A stretch of 64,000 nt of DNA from Mageeibacillus sp. UBA6980 (GCA_002450095.1 DJYK01000026.1:17781-81780), one strand, 5' to 3'. Positions 35,283-45,193 are shown, counted from the stretch's first letter. The notes: generated by a model from the sequence alone, not told the origin. Made by a program: numbers and translations.

Positions 35283-35699
35283 TTAGCCCGCATTCAACTT
35301 TTCTTTTAATGCATCCTGAAGAACCTGCGAGAAGTTGATCCTTTCCTGCATTGCAGCTTCGTTAAGCCATTCCGGAATTGTAAGTGTCTTCTTAACGGCC
35401 TTTGTACCGAACTTCTTTCTGTATTCTGTTGTGTCGCATACGATATACGTAGCGAACTCGTCAGCTTCGAGCTTTAGATCCTTGATAGGTGAGCTTGCCG
35501 GCACTTCAACCCCGGGTTTCTCGTAGTTTGAGTAGATCATAAGCGCGAGCGCATCTTCCGCCATCTTCATTCCGTCCTCAATATCGTCGCCGCAGGTAAA
35601 GCAGTTTTCGATATCGGGGAATCTAATGGAATACGCACCATTTTCTTCGGGTGTGAAGATCGCAGGGTATACGTAGGTTGATGTTTTCTTTCCGCTCAT
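35283..35699 (-). CDS. hicB: HicB-family antitoxin with a C-terminal RHH-like DNA-binding tail
   Basis: YVYPAIFTPEENGAYSIRFPDIENCFTCGDDIEDGMKMAEDALALMI (UPF0150/HicB fold). C-terminal LTIPEWLNEAAMQERINFSQVLQDALKEKL. Confidence 0.75.
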   Translation of the reverse strand: MSGKKTSTYVYPAIFTPEENGAYSIRFPDIENCFTCGDDIEDGMKMAEDALALMIYSNYEKPGVEVPASSPIKDLKLEADEFATYIVCDTTEYRKKFGTKAVKKTLTIPEWLNEAAMQERINFSQVLQDALKEKLNAG

Positions 35700-35786
35700 T
35701 TTTGGCTTCCTTTCTTATCCTCTTGGATTATTGATGTGTATCTATGATGTATTGAGCTCATATGCGAAAAGTAAGTAGGTGGGGGC

Positions 35787-35972
35787 TTATTTAAGCCCCG
35801 CCTGCCTTCTGATGTTCTTCTCGGTCCCTGTTGGCAACTCTTTCGAACTGTGCCTCGGTAGAGGGAAGTGTTGCTTGGTAATCGGTGAGTACCATAACTC
35901 GTGGTTGGTGCCTTCCTTTTCCTTGTAACATCCACTTTACTCGAGGAGCTTCTTCATCTCTGATATCTTCAT
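35787..35972 (-). pseudogene. hicA: HicA toxin gene with an in-frame TAA at codon 12
   Basis: My translation: MKISEMKKLLE*SGCYKEKEGTNHELWYSPITKQHFPLPRHSSKELPTGTEKNIRRQAGLK*. SD GAGGAG lies 6 nt before the ATG at 35972. The premature stop is at 35937-35939. Not in the ORF track because both pieces are under 60 aa. Confidence 0.7.
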
Positions 35973-36001
35973 TGTAATCTCCTCTCTATGTTTTATCATA
36001 G

Positions 36002-36016
36002 CACGTATAATACGTG
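36002..36016. promoter_or_regulatory. Perfect 15-bp palindrome overlapping the likely hicAB -10 box (candidate operator)
   Basis: cacgtat-a-atacgtg. On the minus strand it contains TATTAT, with TTCAAA 18 nt upstream and about 35 nt to the hicA ATG. Confidence 0.5.
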
Positions 36017-36511
36017 TGCCAAGTGTTTTCTTTGAAAATCTCAACATTTTCAAGGGTTTCGCAGGCGATTACTAACTATCAGCATTTCACGATTGCGGAT
36101 GACGCCGGAAGATATCGGTGACATCTTCCAGGCGTTGGAGGATGCCTTATTCGTCATGGCCATTAGGACCATGAAGTACCATCATAACTGGGAAGAGGAA
36201 GAAGGCTTCAAGTGGACTCAATGGCAGGCGGAACAGATAACGGACTTCGTGCATACCATCAGAATGTATCCGCTCTTACCAATTACCACTTCAATCTTGC
36301 CAAGAAAGCTATCGAAGCTTTCTTAAGAGAAGCGTATGAAGGAAGTGTGAGTGATGCTGCAGGTTTGATAGCTCGTTAGTGTTACTGCTCAATTCTGGGT
36401 AGTCATAAGTAATACAGCTTAAAAGATTATATATCAGAAAAGAAAATGTGACCTTAAGGCAGAGAGTGCTACAATATGAGTTAGCAATAACTAACCTCAT
36501 GGGGTATAATG

Positions 36512-36800
36512 CTCGCGGCGGATAATGATCAGGCGGATATTATATGACCGCTTGGGTCTTACAGATGTCAGTAATGAAGGAGGCATGATAAAAAGTAAAA
36601 CAGGGGCGATGTGAAAGCTATCACGGTTGTATTATTCAAGTACAACAGTGAGACAGAGTAGATACTAACTCGACATATTTACTGATCCGTATGAGGTCGC
36701 GAAGGAGAATGGGAAGTTAGCAATCGAATCATGCAGAGGTCGAGAAGGCCGAATAGGAGATTGGAAGCATCACCCAACAGAAGTTGTCTTGCTGAAGGAA
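36512..36800 (+). ncRNA. Candidate IS110 bridge-RNA-type noncoding RNA in the left arm
   Basis: Long non-coding stretch between the -10-like box and the transposase SD, with local hairpins (e.g. ggttgta..tacaac). The assignment is by analogy only and the boundaries are not determined. Confidence 0.3.
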
Positions 36801-36817
36801 CTTACGGAGGTAAGAAA

Positions 36818-37906
36818 ATGAGTAAGACAGAGGAAACAAGAAGGTTGTGCGTAGGCGTAGATCTGCATAAGACACAGTTTACGGTAAGCGCATTAACCGA
36901 AGACGGAGAAGTAGTTCTCCAGGAAGAGTATCGAACAACTCCTGACGGGTATTCCGAGTTTATAGAGGAGATGCATCGATACGAGGAAGAAGACGGATGT
37001 TCCATAGAGTTGGCGGTAGAGACTACCGGTAACGCAAGGTTCTTCAAGAACCAAATGGAAAAGGAATTCTTTGATGTGACAGTGGTCAACACGAATAAGT
37101 TCAAAGTGATCACATACAGCACGAAGAAGACAGATGCAAACGATGCGTTGACGTTGGCAATGTACTTGCAAAAGGAAATGTTACCTGAAGCGCACCTATG
37201 CAGCCAGACCAGTGAAGAGATCCGCAGGATGCTTAAGACAAGAAGAATACTTGTTCAAAGCTCTGTAAAGATCAAGAATCAGATCCACGGAATGCTTCTG
37301 GGCTACGGAATTGAGACGAATGCAGCTCAGTTTCAGAGCAAAAGAAAGAGGCAGGATCTGATAAACGATCTCGCGGATCACGACTACTCAGAATTCACTG
37401 CCTCATCACTAGAAGTGATGCTTAATATCTTAGATGGTTTGGAAGGACAAATCAAGGATGTTGAGGCACAAATTGAGAAGATGGTCGAAGACAATGAAGA
37501 TGTTGAGTTGTTAAAGACGATACCGGGAGTGGGAAAGATCGGAGCGGCAACGATAGCATCTTACACAGAAGATCTTGAACGATTCGATGGAGACTTCAAG
37601 AGATTTGCAGCTTATATCGGGATAGTGCCAAGCGTGCACAACTCGAATGAGACTGTACATCTGGGACACATAACAAAGCATGGACCACAGGAGTTAAGGA
37701 CGGCATTTGTTCAAGTAGCGCTTGGAATGATTCGGGCATCGAAGCAGACAAGCGAATGGCGATTGATAGAAGACTATCGTCGCAAGAAAACAGAAAAAGG
37801 TTCCGGTAGAGCGATTATCGCTTTGACCAGAAAGATAGCAAGAATAGTATTTGTAATGCTTGAGAAAAGGGAAGAATTCAATCCTGAACTCATGCTGAGC
37901 AAATAA
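36818..37906 (+). CDS. IS110-family transposase/recombinase (DEDD plus Transposase_20 domains)
   Basis: LCVGVDLHKTQF.. N-terminal DEDD-type motif. LLKTIPGVGKIGAATIASYTEDLERF.. in the C-terminal domain. ATG 36818 lies 7 nt after GGAGG. Confidence 0.85.
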   Translation: MSKTEETRRLCVGVDLHKTQFTVSALTEDGEVVLQEEYRTTPDGYSEFIEEMHRYEEEDGCSIELAVETTGNARFFKNQMEKEFFDVTVVNTNKFKVITYSTKKTDANDALTLAMYLQKEMLPEAHLCSQTSEEIRRMLKTRRILVQSSVKIKNQIHGMLLGYGIETNAAQFQSKRKRQDLINDLADHDYSEFTASSLEVMLNILDGLEGQIKDVEAQIEKMVEDNEDVELLKTIPGVGKIGAATIASYTEDLERFDGDFKRFAAYIGIVPSVHNSNETVHLGHITKHGPQELRTAFVQVALGMIRASKQTSEWRLIEDYRRKKTEKGSGRAIIALTRKIARIVFVMLEKREEFNPELMLSK

Positions 37907-37959
37907 AGAAAAAATACAGCAAACGGCTTAAACTGTTTGACTTTTTATAGGAGTAGATT

Positions 37960-39054
37960 ATGAAGACATATAAGATAGCTGTAATCGCGGGTGACGGTAT
38001 AGGCCCCGAAGTAACCGGTTCCGCCGTCAGCGTACTTAAAAGAGCAGGTGAGGTGGAAGGCTTCGGACTCGAATTTACGGAATGTGATGCCGGAGGATGC
38101 GCGATAGACAAATACGGCATTCCTCTTCCCGAATCGACGCTTCTGACCTGTAAAGCGTCTGATGCTGTCCTGTTAGGCGCTGTAGGCGGCCCGAAATGGG
38201 ACAGCGTGGAACCTTCAAAGCGGCCTGAACGCGCATTGCTCGGTCTTCGTTCCGGGCTCGGTCTCTATTCCAATCTGAGACCTGCACTGATGTTTAAGGA
38301 ACTGTCTTCCGCATCTCCTCTTAAGAATGTTGATTCGATCGATCTTCTTATCGTCCGTGAGCTTACGGGAGGAATTTATTTTGGCAGACACGGAAGAAGT
38401 GATTCATCGGAATTGCTGTCTGACGGATCGGTTAAAGGACTGACGGCATTCGATACCGAAGAGTATTCCACGGCTGAGATAACAAGGATCCTTAAAGAAG
38501 GATTCCGATATGCCATGGGAAGAAATAAGAAGCTTACCGTAGTCGATAAGGCAAATGTTCTGGAGACCTCGAGACTGTGGCGTGAGATCGCAGAGTCCTT
38601 AAAGCCTTCATATCCTGAGGTTCAAGTGGATTATCTGTATGTCGATAACTGTTCCATGCAGCTTATAAACAGACCTTCAACATTCGATGTTATCGTAACT
38701 TCGAATATGTTCGGCGATATCTTATCCGATGAAGCGGGTATGATCACGGGCTCTATCGGTATGCTTCCATCCGCTTCGTTAGGCGCTCCCGGGACTCCCG
38801 GAATGTACGAGCCCGTACACGGTTCCGCGCCTGATATCGCAGGGACGGGCAAGGCCAACCCTCTGGCCGCCATACTGTCTGCCTCCATGCTCTTACGCTG
38901 GTCGTTGGGCGAGACAGAGGCGTCTGATCGTATAGAGAAAGCCGTCCGCGATACACTGGCAGACGGCTTCAGGACTTCTGATATCAAGTCTTCCGATGAA
39001 GATAAGATCGTCGATACCGACGGTATGACGCAAGAGGTAATAAGAAGACTTTAA
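37960..39054 (+). CDS. leuB: 3-isopropylmalate dehydrogenase
   Basis: MKTYKIAVIAGDGIGPEV.., ..LGAVGGPKWD.., ..NMFGDILSDEAGMITGSIGMLPSASLG.. hallmark blocks. Confidence 0.9.
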   Translation: MKTYKIAVIAGDGIGPEVTGSAVSVLKRAGEVEGFGLEFTECDAGGCAIDKYGIPLPESTLLTCKASDAVLLGAVGGPKWDSVEPSKRPERALLGLRSGLGLYSNLRPALMFKELSSASPLKNVDSIDLLIVRELTGGIYFGRHGRSDSSELLSDGSVKGLTAFDTEEYSTAEITRILKEGFRYAMGRNKKLTVVDKANVLETSRLWREIAESLKPSYPEVQVDYLYVDNCSMQLINRPSTFDVIVTSNMFGDILSDEAGMITGSIGMLPSASLGAPGTPGMYEPVHGSAPDIAGTGKANPLAAILSASMLLRWSLGETEASDRIEKAVRDTLADGFRTSDIKSSDEDKIVDTDGMTQEVIRRL

Positions 39055-41081
39055 TGTGCGATCACCCTTGTGGTGTCATAGATGTTCTCTTCCCAGTCCG
39101 GATCTCCCGCGGTGAAGATGCGTTCGAATGTCTGTGAGATGACTTCTTCGTTGACTTCGTATTCTTGACTGAATCTGGCGGCTCGGTCAACGATGATGTA
39201 TCTGATGTTGTTTTCACGGCAGAGCTCAATCAGCTCTTCGCTGCTTGTGGCTTCAAACATCGCATCTCTTTGTTCGTGCCTGTAATCGGTATCGTAACCT
39301 GCGCTCCAGGGAGAATAAGGCCAGCCGTAGTACAGCATTGCTCCTGCTACTGTCTCTTTGGTGCATGAATACTGATCTGTCAGGAAGATGTCTGACGCTT
39401 TCGCATTGTTTAATATCCACTGATACACGGGATCTGTCGTATCAAATACGGCGTAGAAGTCGTTCTCGGGCTTATTCTTGTTGTAGAAGATAAGAAGTTC
39501 GTAGACTCCGGTGATCGTCATCAAGACCGCCAGTGTCACCGCTGTGATCTTCACGATAATATCTTTGTTCTTCAACAGTCCGGCTACTGCAAATCCTGCG
39601 AATATATCGCATAACATGCATCCGATGATGATGTATTTATGGTTAACGGCCACATCTTTTGTGAGATTGATTATAAGTGCCATTACTATCGGTGATATGA
39701 AGGCGAGAAGCAGCCATCTGTACGGTCCTTTTGTCATTATGGCCGCGAGTATCATAGTGATCCAGAATGCACCGAGAAGGCTTGTTATGAACAGGAGGAC
39801 GCCGGGGAACGTCTTGACCTCGGCAAGGTATCCCGGTTCGAAACTCGAAGAGAATGTCGAGCCGTTGATAAAGAATTTGGTCTGTGCGGTAACAAGTATA
39901 AGCGAGATCAGCGCGGTAATGGCAAATTCGAGCTTTCGATCTGACATTATCGCGATAATGAATAATACGAGCAGACATGCGATGACACATGCCCCGTTAA
40001 AGAAACCGGTAAGTCCTATTATCAGACCGAGAGCTACCGGAGTGGCATACTCTTTGGGAAGCCATGCTTCCTTGCTTAAGAATATCCTCTTAAGTGAATC
40101 GACGAATTTCCTGTTCTGAATACTGTGGAACATTGAGAACAGATGAGGCGTAAAAAGCATGACGGCAATCAGGATCATGCAGATCCCCATCGCCAGATGT
40201 CTCTGGTTGGGATAGACATTGAGGTTGTAAAGTCCCCAGTTTTCTTTGGGAGTATATCCCAGGTAATCCGTGTTGTTGATAAAGGTGGTCCAGCGTTCGG
40301 AGACGGTTCCGGTAAGGCTTCCTATGTATTTGAAAAAAGATGTACTGCTCCTGAATAGGAAGAAGACTATGGTAAGAGCACCGACGATCCTTTTCCGGAA
40401 CAGCTTTAATGCAAACAGATAAAGGAGCATGCACACTGAAGTGAAGAAGAGCATGCCGGGAATCGTGAAAGCAAGATCGATTCTCAGACCGAGGTGTTCG
40501 AGGTTTCCGGTAAAGAACTGATACATAAAGTGATACTTGATGTCGAGCCCGGCAAAGTGCGAGTATGAAGTCGGGAAATTATTGCCGTGGGAGAACGATC
40601 TGATCATATCAAGATGCGTCGCGAAATCTCCGGTTACGATCCTGCTGATGTAGAGCGATCCGTCGCTGTAATAGAAGACTCGGAACATCATAAATCCCGA
40701 CAGTATCATAGCGAATACCATTATGACTATCTCGCACGGCTGTATGTTTACGATAAGCTGCTTAAGGTTTTTAACGGTATCCTTACGCTTAAGTCCTATG
40801 GCAGCCGCATTAATAAGAACAGCCAGTATTATTATGATGACATCGGCGGTGCTGAGAGGATTCTTTGTGTTTCTTAACCAGTAGGCAAGGATATAAGTAG
40901 GCCAGCTCAGGAATAACACACCGATAAGAAGTGAGGCAGGGAATATGAGAAGCAGCGAAGGTGCATCCAGAGTGTGCCTCGTATATGTCTTCTTGGTGAA
41001 GTCAAAAAGGTTTGGCAGAAAATACAGGATAAAGTTATATCCGGTACATATAGTCAGAAGTATATAGAGTATTCCCAGCAT
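39051..41081 (-). CDS. Large polytopic membrane protein (possibly glycosyltransferase-like), function unknown
   Basis: 676 aa with many TM helices and a soluble C-terminal domain. No catalytic motif confidently recognised. Confidence 0.5.
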   Translation of the reverse strand: MLGILYILLTICTGYNFILYFLPNLFDFTKKTYTRHTLDAPSLLLIFPASLLIGVLFLSWPTYILAYWLRNTKNPLSTADVIIIILAVLINAAAIGLKRKDTVKNLKQLIVNIQPCEIVIMVFAMILSGFMMFRVFYYSDGSLYISRIVTGDFATHLDMIRSFSHGNNFPTSYSHFAGLDIKYHFMYQFFTGNLEHLGLRIDLAFTIPGMLFFTSVCMLLYLFALKLFRKRIVGALTIVFFLFRSSTSFFKYIGSLTGTVSERWTTFINNTDYLGYTPKENWGLYNLNVYPNQRHLAMGICMILIAVMLFTPHLFSMFHSIQNRKFVDSLKRIFLSKEAWLPKEYATPVALGLIIGLTGFFNGACVIACLLVLFIIAIMSDRKLEFAITALISLILVTAQTKFFINGSTFSSSFEPGYLAEVKTFPGVLLFITSLLGAFWITMILAAIMTKGPYRWLLLAFISPIVMALIINLTKDVAVNHKYIIIGCMLCDIFAGFAVAGLLKNKDIIVKITAVTLAVLMTITGVYELLIFYNKNKPENDFYAVFDTTDPVYQWILNNAKASDIFLTDQYSCTKETVAGAMLYYGWPYSPWSAGYDTDYRHEQRDAMFEATSSEELIELCRENNIRYIIVDRAARFSQEYEVNEEVISQTFERIFTAGDPDWEENIYDTTRVIAH

Positions 41082-41082
41082 A

Positions 41083-42264
41083 TTATCTAATCTTTAATTC
41101 TTCGGCTATCTTGAAGAATGCCTCTCTTGAGTTTCTGATCGTTGACTCGGATACGCAGAACGCGAGCCTCATGTAGCCGGATCGTTTAAACGAAGCGCCC
41201 GGTACGAGAAGAAGATTATACTTAGCGCAAATATCCTGGAATTCGGTGTCGGTGAGACCTTCCGGTGTCTTCATGAAGATGTAGAGCGCACCGTTAGGCT
41301 TAACCGCCTCGAATCCTGCGTCAACTATGTTGCTGTAAAGAAGGTTTCTTCTGTGCTCATAGTTAGCGACATCGACCTTCGCATTAAGCGCCTTCTCGAC
41401 GACCCTTTGCCAGATGGCAGGAGCATTAACGCTTCCGAGTACTCTGTTCGAGAGGACGATGGCACCTGTAAGGTCTGCGTAGTCCTCGTTCTTGGGTGAT
41501 ACGAGTGTGTATCCGATTCTCTCGCCCGGAAGAGAGAGGGACTTACTCCAAGAGAAGCAGATAACGACATTATCGATGTACTTAAGAACTGAAGGAACAG
41601 TGAGTCCGTCGTAAACGAGGTCGATATAAGGCTCGTCGGAGATGACCTGAATGACATGATCCTGAGATTTAAGAAGAGCATTAAGTTTTGTAAGCTGGTC
41701 TTCGCCATAGACAACGCCTGAAGGATTGTTGGGGGAGTTGATGATGATAGCTTTCGTCTTAGGTGTGATGGCTTTCTCTATCGCATCGAAGTCGGGCATG
41801 AACTTATCGTCGGTCTGGACGATAACGACCTTGCCGTTATGATTCTCAATATAGTTTACATACTCCATGAAGAAGGGGGCGAGTACGATGACCTCATCGT
41901 CCGAATCAAGTATGGAGTGAAGCACGTCGTTCATCGCGGAAGCCGCGCCTACAGTCATGCAGACTGCGCCTGCGTCGATCGTAAGACCGGACTGCTCTGA
42001 TCTTTGCTTGGCGATCGCCGCTCGTGTAGATTCATAACCCGAATTACTCATATACCCGTGCATTCCGGGGGTGGGGTTATTGGCAAGATTCTTTAAAGCG
42101 TCCGAGACTTCCTTCGGAGGCTCCAGGTCCGGGTTACCGATAGAGAAGTCAAATACCTTGTCCTCTCCGTATATCTTCTTGAGTCTGTTTCCTTCCTCGA
42201 ACATCTTCCTGATGGCTGAGCCCGAAGCGAGTTTCTCTTTGATCTTTGCAGAAATCATAATCAT
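41083..42264 (-). CDS. Class I/II PLP-dependent aminotransferase (aspartate/alanine family)
   Basis: FSIGNPDLEPP, NSPNNPSG, and SWSKSLSLPGERIGY (PLP lysine motif). Confidence 0.85.
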   Translation of the reverse strand: MIMISAKIKEKLASGSAIRKMFEEGNRLKKIYGEDKVFDFSIGNPDLEPPKEVSDALKNLANNPTPGMHGYMSNSGYESTRAAIAKQRSEQSGLTIDAGAVCMTVGAASAMNDVLHSILDSDDEVIVLAPFFMEYVNYIENHNGKVVIVQTDDKFMPDFDAIEKAITPKTKAIIINSPNNPSGVVYGEDQLTKLNALLKSQDHVIQVISDEPYIDLVYDGLTVPSVLKYIDNVVICFSWSKSLSLPGERIGYTLVSPKNEDYADLTGAIVLSNRVLGSVNAPAIWQRVVEKALNAKVDVANYEHRRNLLYSNIVDAGFEAVKPNGALYIFMKTPEGLTDTEFQDICAKYNLLLVPGASFKRSGYMRLAFCVSESTIRNSREAFFKIAEELKIR

Positions 42265-42442
42265 ACCTTCTTATTAATTATTACTTACTGATTATATTTC
42301 AACTTTGGGTTTATGTGAACTGTGACCTGACCGGTTCCGAATTCGTATATATGGGTCGTGTGCTGGTATACTATTGATACACGGCCTAAGAAGGTCTGAG
42401 TCGAGAAAATAGACAGCATAATGTTCGATGGAGGGATAGAAA

Positions 42443-42988
42443 ATGAAGGCACTTATCATGAATTGCAGTCCTGTCAGGACAGGAGCAACAGCTGAGATAG
42501 TAAAGATAGTGGAAGGTGAGCTTAAGTCCCGCTATGATACCAGGTGCATTTGTATAGATGATTATTCCTATGCATTCTGCAGAGGCTGCCGTTCATGCCA
42601 TAATACTGCGAAGTGTGTTATGCGTGATGCTGCGGTCATTGAGAGTATAATGAGAGAATTCGACGAGGCGGATATTATTGTATCTGTTTCTCCCTCCTAC
42701 TGGGCTGATATCCCCGGACAATTTAAGGCATTTATTGACAGATGTACTCCATGGTGCAATACACATGAGCCACATGCATCAATTAAACCCGGAAAGAAAG
42801 GATATGCCATTGCTTTGAGAACCGGTCCTAATATGCCTGAATGTGAGAGACTAATCGGCAGCATAGAACATTTCTACGGACATCTCGAGATTCAGTGCGA
42901 AGGACATCTGGGTCTGACATCGCTCGAATACAGGGAACAAGTCGAATCCAGGAAACAGGAGATTCTGGACTTTTGTAAGAGCATTTGA
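42443..42988 (+). CDS. Flavodoxin-like / iron-sulfur flavoprotein family protein
   Basis: MKALIMNCSPVR.., Cys cluster CRGCRSCHNTAKC, SPSYWADIPGQFKAFIDR. Confidence 0.7.
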   Translation: MKALIMNCSPVRTGATAEIVKIVEGELKSRYDTRCICIDDYSYAFCRGCRSCHNTAKCVMRDAAVIESIMREFDEADIIVSVSPSYWADIPGQFKAFIDRCTPWCNTHEPHASIKPGKKGYAIALRTGPNMPECERLIGSIEHFYGHLEIQCEGHLGLTSLEYREQVESRKQEILDFCKSI

Positions 42989-43056
42989 CACTTAAGGTAT
43001 TAGTAAGAATAATCAACAGGATAATACACAGAATAAACGGCAAAGTAAGATTGAAT

Positions 43057-43365
43057 ATGAACAATACCAAATGGAATGAGATATTTCATGCTTTTTATGA
43101 TAACGAGTGCTCTCCTGAACACCAGATTATCAGTTGGAGAACAAAGGACATAGAAAACGGCTATTTAAGTAATTGGGACGGTACATGGACTCATTTCGGC
43201 TGCGAGCCCCGCGAATGGGACAAGATCGAATATCTGCAGATCAAGCTCACGGAAGAAAATTCCGATCTTGTACTTTCTGAACTGAGAAGGATCCATGTTC
43301 CCGGAGAAATTGAAGATGGTATCGTGACCGTCTACGGGTACAGAACAGATGTTGATTATCTGTGA
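43057..43365 (+). CDS. Hypothetical protein
   Basis: ORF only. ATG 43057 chosen from the longer 42985 ORF. Weak SD. Confidence 0.35.
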   Translation: MNNTKWNEIFHAFYDNECSPEHQIISWRTKDIENGYLSNWDGTWTHFGCEPREWDKIEYLQIKLTEENSDLVLSELRRIHVPGEIEDGIVTVYGYRTDVDYL

Positions 43366-43412
43366 TTTTGAATGGATAATCATCAGAAAAGCTGATCGTG
43401 AAGGAGCTACCT

Positions 43413-43709
43413 ATGCGGAAAAGAAACATAATCGGATTGTTAGCTTCTGTTGTTCTGGCAATCCTTTGCCTTATTCCGAGTCCGTTAAATGCTGCAAAAG
43501 CTGCTGATGGAGGAACAAGGATGTATTCTCCGATTCTTCCAGTATACAAGGTCATAGATTGGAACAAAATTGAGATTACTCCACATAATACAGACGTGCC
43601 TGAAGCTAATGTTTCCAATGGAATAACAACAAAGGGAATCCAGATATTTCTGTTCGGGATAAGCGTATACGATGGCCGCTATACCGTTGAAGGAATACAT
43701 ACCAGATGA
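43413..43709 (+). CDS. Small secreted protein
   Basis: AAGGAG lies 6 nt before ATG 43413. Signal peptide MRKRNIIGLLASVVLAILCLIPSPLNAAKA. Confidence 0.5.
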   Translation: MRKRNIIGLLASVVLAILCLIPSPLNAAKAADGGTRMYSPILPVYKVIDWNKIEITPHNTDVPEANVSNGITTKGIQIFLFGISVYDGRYTVEGIHTR

Positions 43710-43840
43710 TCATATTAGATCACTAAATCAGGAATATAGTCGACAAAGACCTCGGATCAATCTGAGGTCTTTTTATTAGGGTTATCTATGACTAACTGAT
43801 TGTGCTATACTTCACCTTGAACACAGATTAGATAATAGGA

Positions 43841-44254
43841 ATGCATATGGAACATAACTATATATTTTGGGGAGTAGTAGGAATAATCAGCGGTCTGGTA
43901 GCTGCCTTGGCTGATGTGCCTCTGGTGAAGCCCGGAAGACCGGATTCCGACACGGCTGTGCTTAAAGGTAAGATTCAAACTTGGTGGGCAGATGTGCCAT
44001 CAAAACGGTTTGTAATATCATTTTGGCTATCATTTTTAGGTCAGCCCGGAACATACATTGTAATGTGGCTTCTTGCCGGATTGATAAGCAATAATAATGA
44101 ACCCCTTGGAATAGCATTGAAGATAAACACATTCATAGGATGCTTTACAGGCCTGCTTTGTCATGTCGCATTTTGTATCAAGCCGCCCTCTTGGAGTGGG
44201 ATATATGCTTTTTGCAATACTACTCATCATTGCCGGAGCTGGTTAAACATATGA
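43841..44254 (+). CDS. Small membrane protein
   Basis: Several hydrophobic helices. Its stop overlaps the next ATG (ATGA at 44251-44254). Confidence 0.5.
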   Translation: MHMEHNYIFWGVVGIISGLVAALADVPLVKPGRPDSDTAVLKGKIQTWWADVPSKRFVISFWLSFLGQPGTYIVMWLLAGLISNNNEPLGIALKINTFIGCFTGLLCHVAFCIKPPSWSGIYAFCNTTHHCRSWLNI

Positions 44255-45165
44255 GACGCAAAGACTTTAACATGAAAGAACACGGCTTTGTCGGGCATTT
44301 GGCTGAACCTGATGTTGGTAGCGATAGAGCTGTTATTGTAATTATGGGAGGAGAACAGAGCCTTCTCCCGGGGATTAAATTCGCAGAGCGGTTTGCGGAT
44401 TATGGCATTACAGGGCTTTCTGTTTCACTATTCGGCGCAGAGGGGCTTCCGGATGCTCCGAATCAGGTTCCGCTTGATATGTTTATACCGGCAGTGGAAT
44501 ATCTGCGGGAGAAGAAAGGCATAGAGCATATTAGTGTATACGGACAGTCTATGGGTTCTATTTTTGCCGTACTTGTTGCGCAGTATATCGGAGGTATGGA
44601 AAACCTTATAATGGTCTCACCCACACATGTTCCGTTTGAAGGGACAGAGAAAGATAAAAAGACCATGACGGGGAGAAGTGTCGCCACCTATAAAGGTGAG
44701 GATATTCCTTTTATAAGTGCGGATTTCAGTAAAATCAAGGCAGCGAAGTATTATAAGCATCCGGATGCAGAATATAAGGTTACGGGAATGTGGATAGCCT
44801 ACCATGATGCATATGCGGATGTGGCGGGAACAGAAAAAGCGATGCTTCATGTTGAAAAAACAGGTTCAAGAGTTTTACTCATTGCAGGGCATGAAGATGA
44901 AGCGTGGCCTGCCGAATATTCTGTTCGTGAGATAGAAAAAAATCTTAAAGACGCCGGATACGATAAAGATGTTAAGGTTATAGTATATCCTCATGGAAGT
45001 CACCTGAATGGACTTATGCCAAACAAGAATCGAGAGAAAAGACTTTATCGGATGATTCCCCTTATAGGATTGATGTACAAGACTTTTGGGAAATATCGAA
45101 AGGAAAACCTAAGATATTTTGAAGAGTCGGAAAAAGAAATCTGTGCATGGCTCGTTAGTGAGTAA
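44251..45165 (+). CDS. Alpha/beta hydrolase (BAAT/acyl-CoA thioesterase C-terminal-like)
   Basis: Nucleophile elbow YGQSMGS. Overall dienelactone-hydrolase-like layout. The start could be 44272. Confidence 0.6.
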   Translation: MRRKDFNMKEHGFVGHLAEPDVGSDRAVIVIMGGEQSLLPGIKFAERFADYGITGLSVSLFGAEGLPDAPNQVPLDMFIPAVEYLREKKGIEHISVYGQSMGSIFAVLVAQYIGGMENLIMVSPTHVPFEGTEKDKKTMTGRSVATYKGEDIPFISADFSKIKAAKYYKHPDAEYKVTGMWIAYHDAYADVAGTEKAMLHVEKTGSRVLLIAGHEDEAWPAEYSVREIEKNLKDAGYDKDVKVIVYPHGSHLNGLMPNKNREKRLYRMIPLIGLMYKTFGKYRKENLRYFEESEKEICAWLVSE

Positions 45166-45193
45166 AATCATAGTATAAGCGGATGGAGCAATT

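Larger units (their letters stand above)
36490..37950 (+). mobile_element. IS110-family insertion sequence (ends approximate)
   Basis: Contains the IS110-type transposase gene, a ~300-nt noncoding 5' arm starting near a TATAAT (36505-36510), and a TTGACT (37937-37942) near the 3' end. No terminal inverted repeats, as expected for IS110. Confidence 0.6.

Noticed and set aside
35696-35935. 79-aa ORF upstream of hicB
   Set aside because: Its Arg/Ser/Thr-rich sequence has no homology signal, and it sits in a different frame from the clear HicA-like reading frame covering the same DNA. It was replaced by the hicA pseudogene call.
36093-36326. 77-aa ORF as a real gene
   Set aside because: There is no SD. 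It is flanked by other debris of the tRNA-Gly island and reads like an internal fragment of a larger (phage-like) protein. The evidence is too weak to annotate it even as a named pseudogene.
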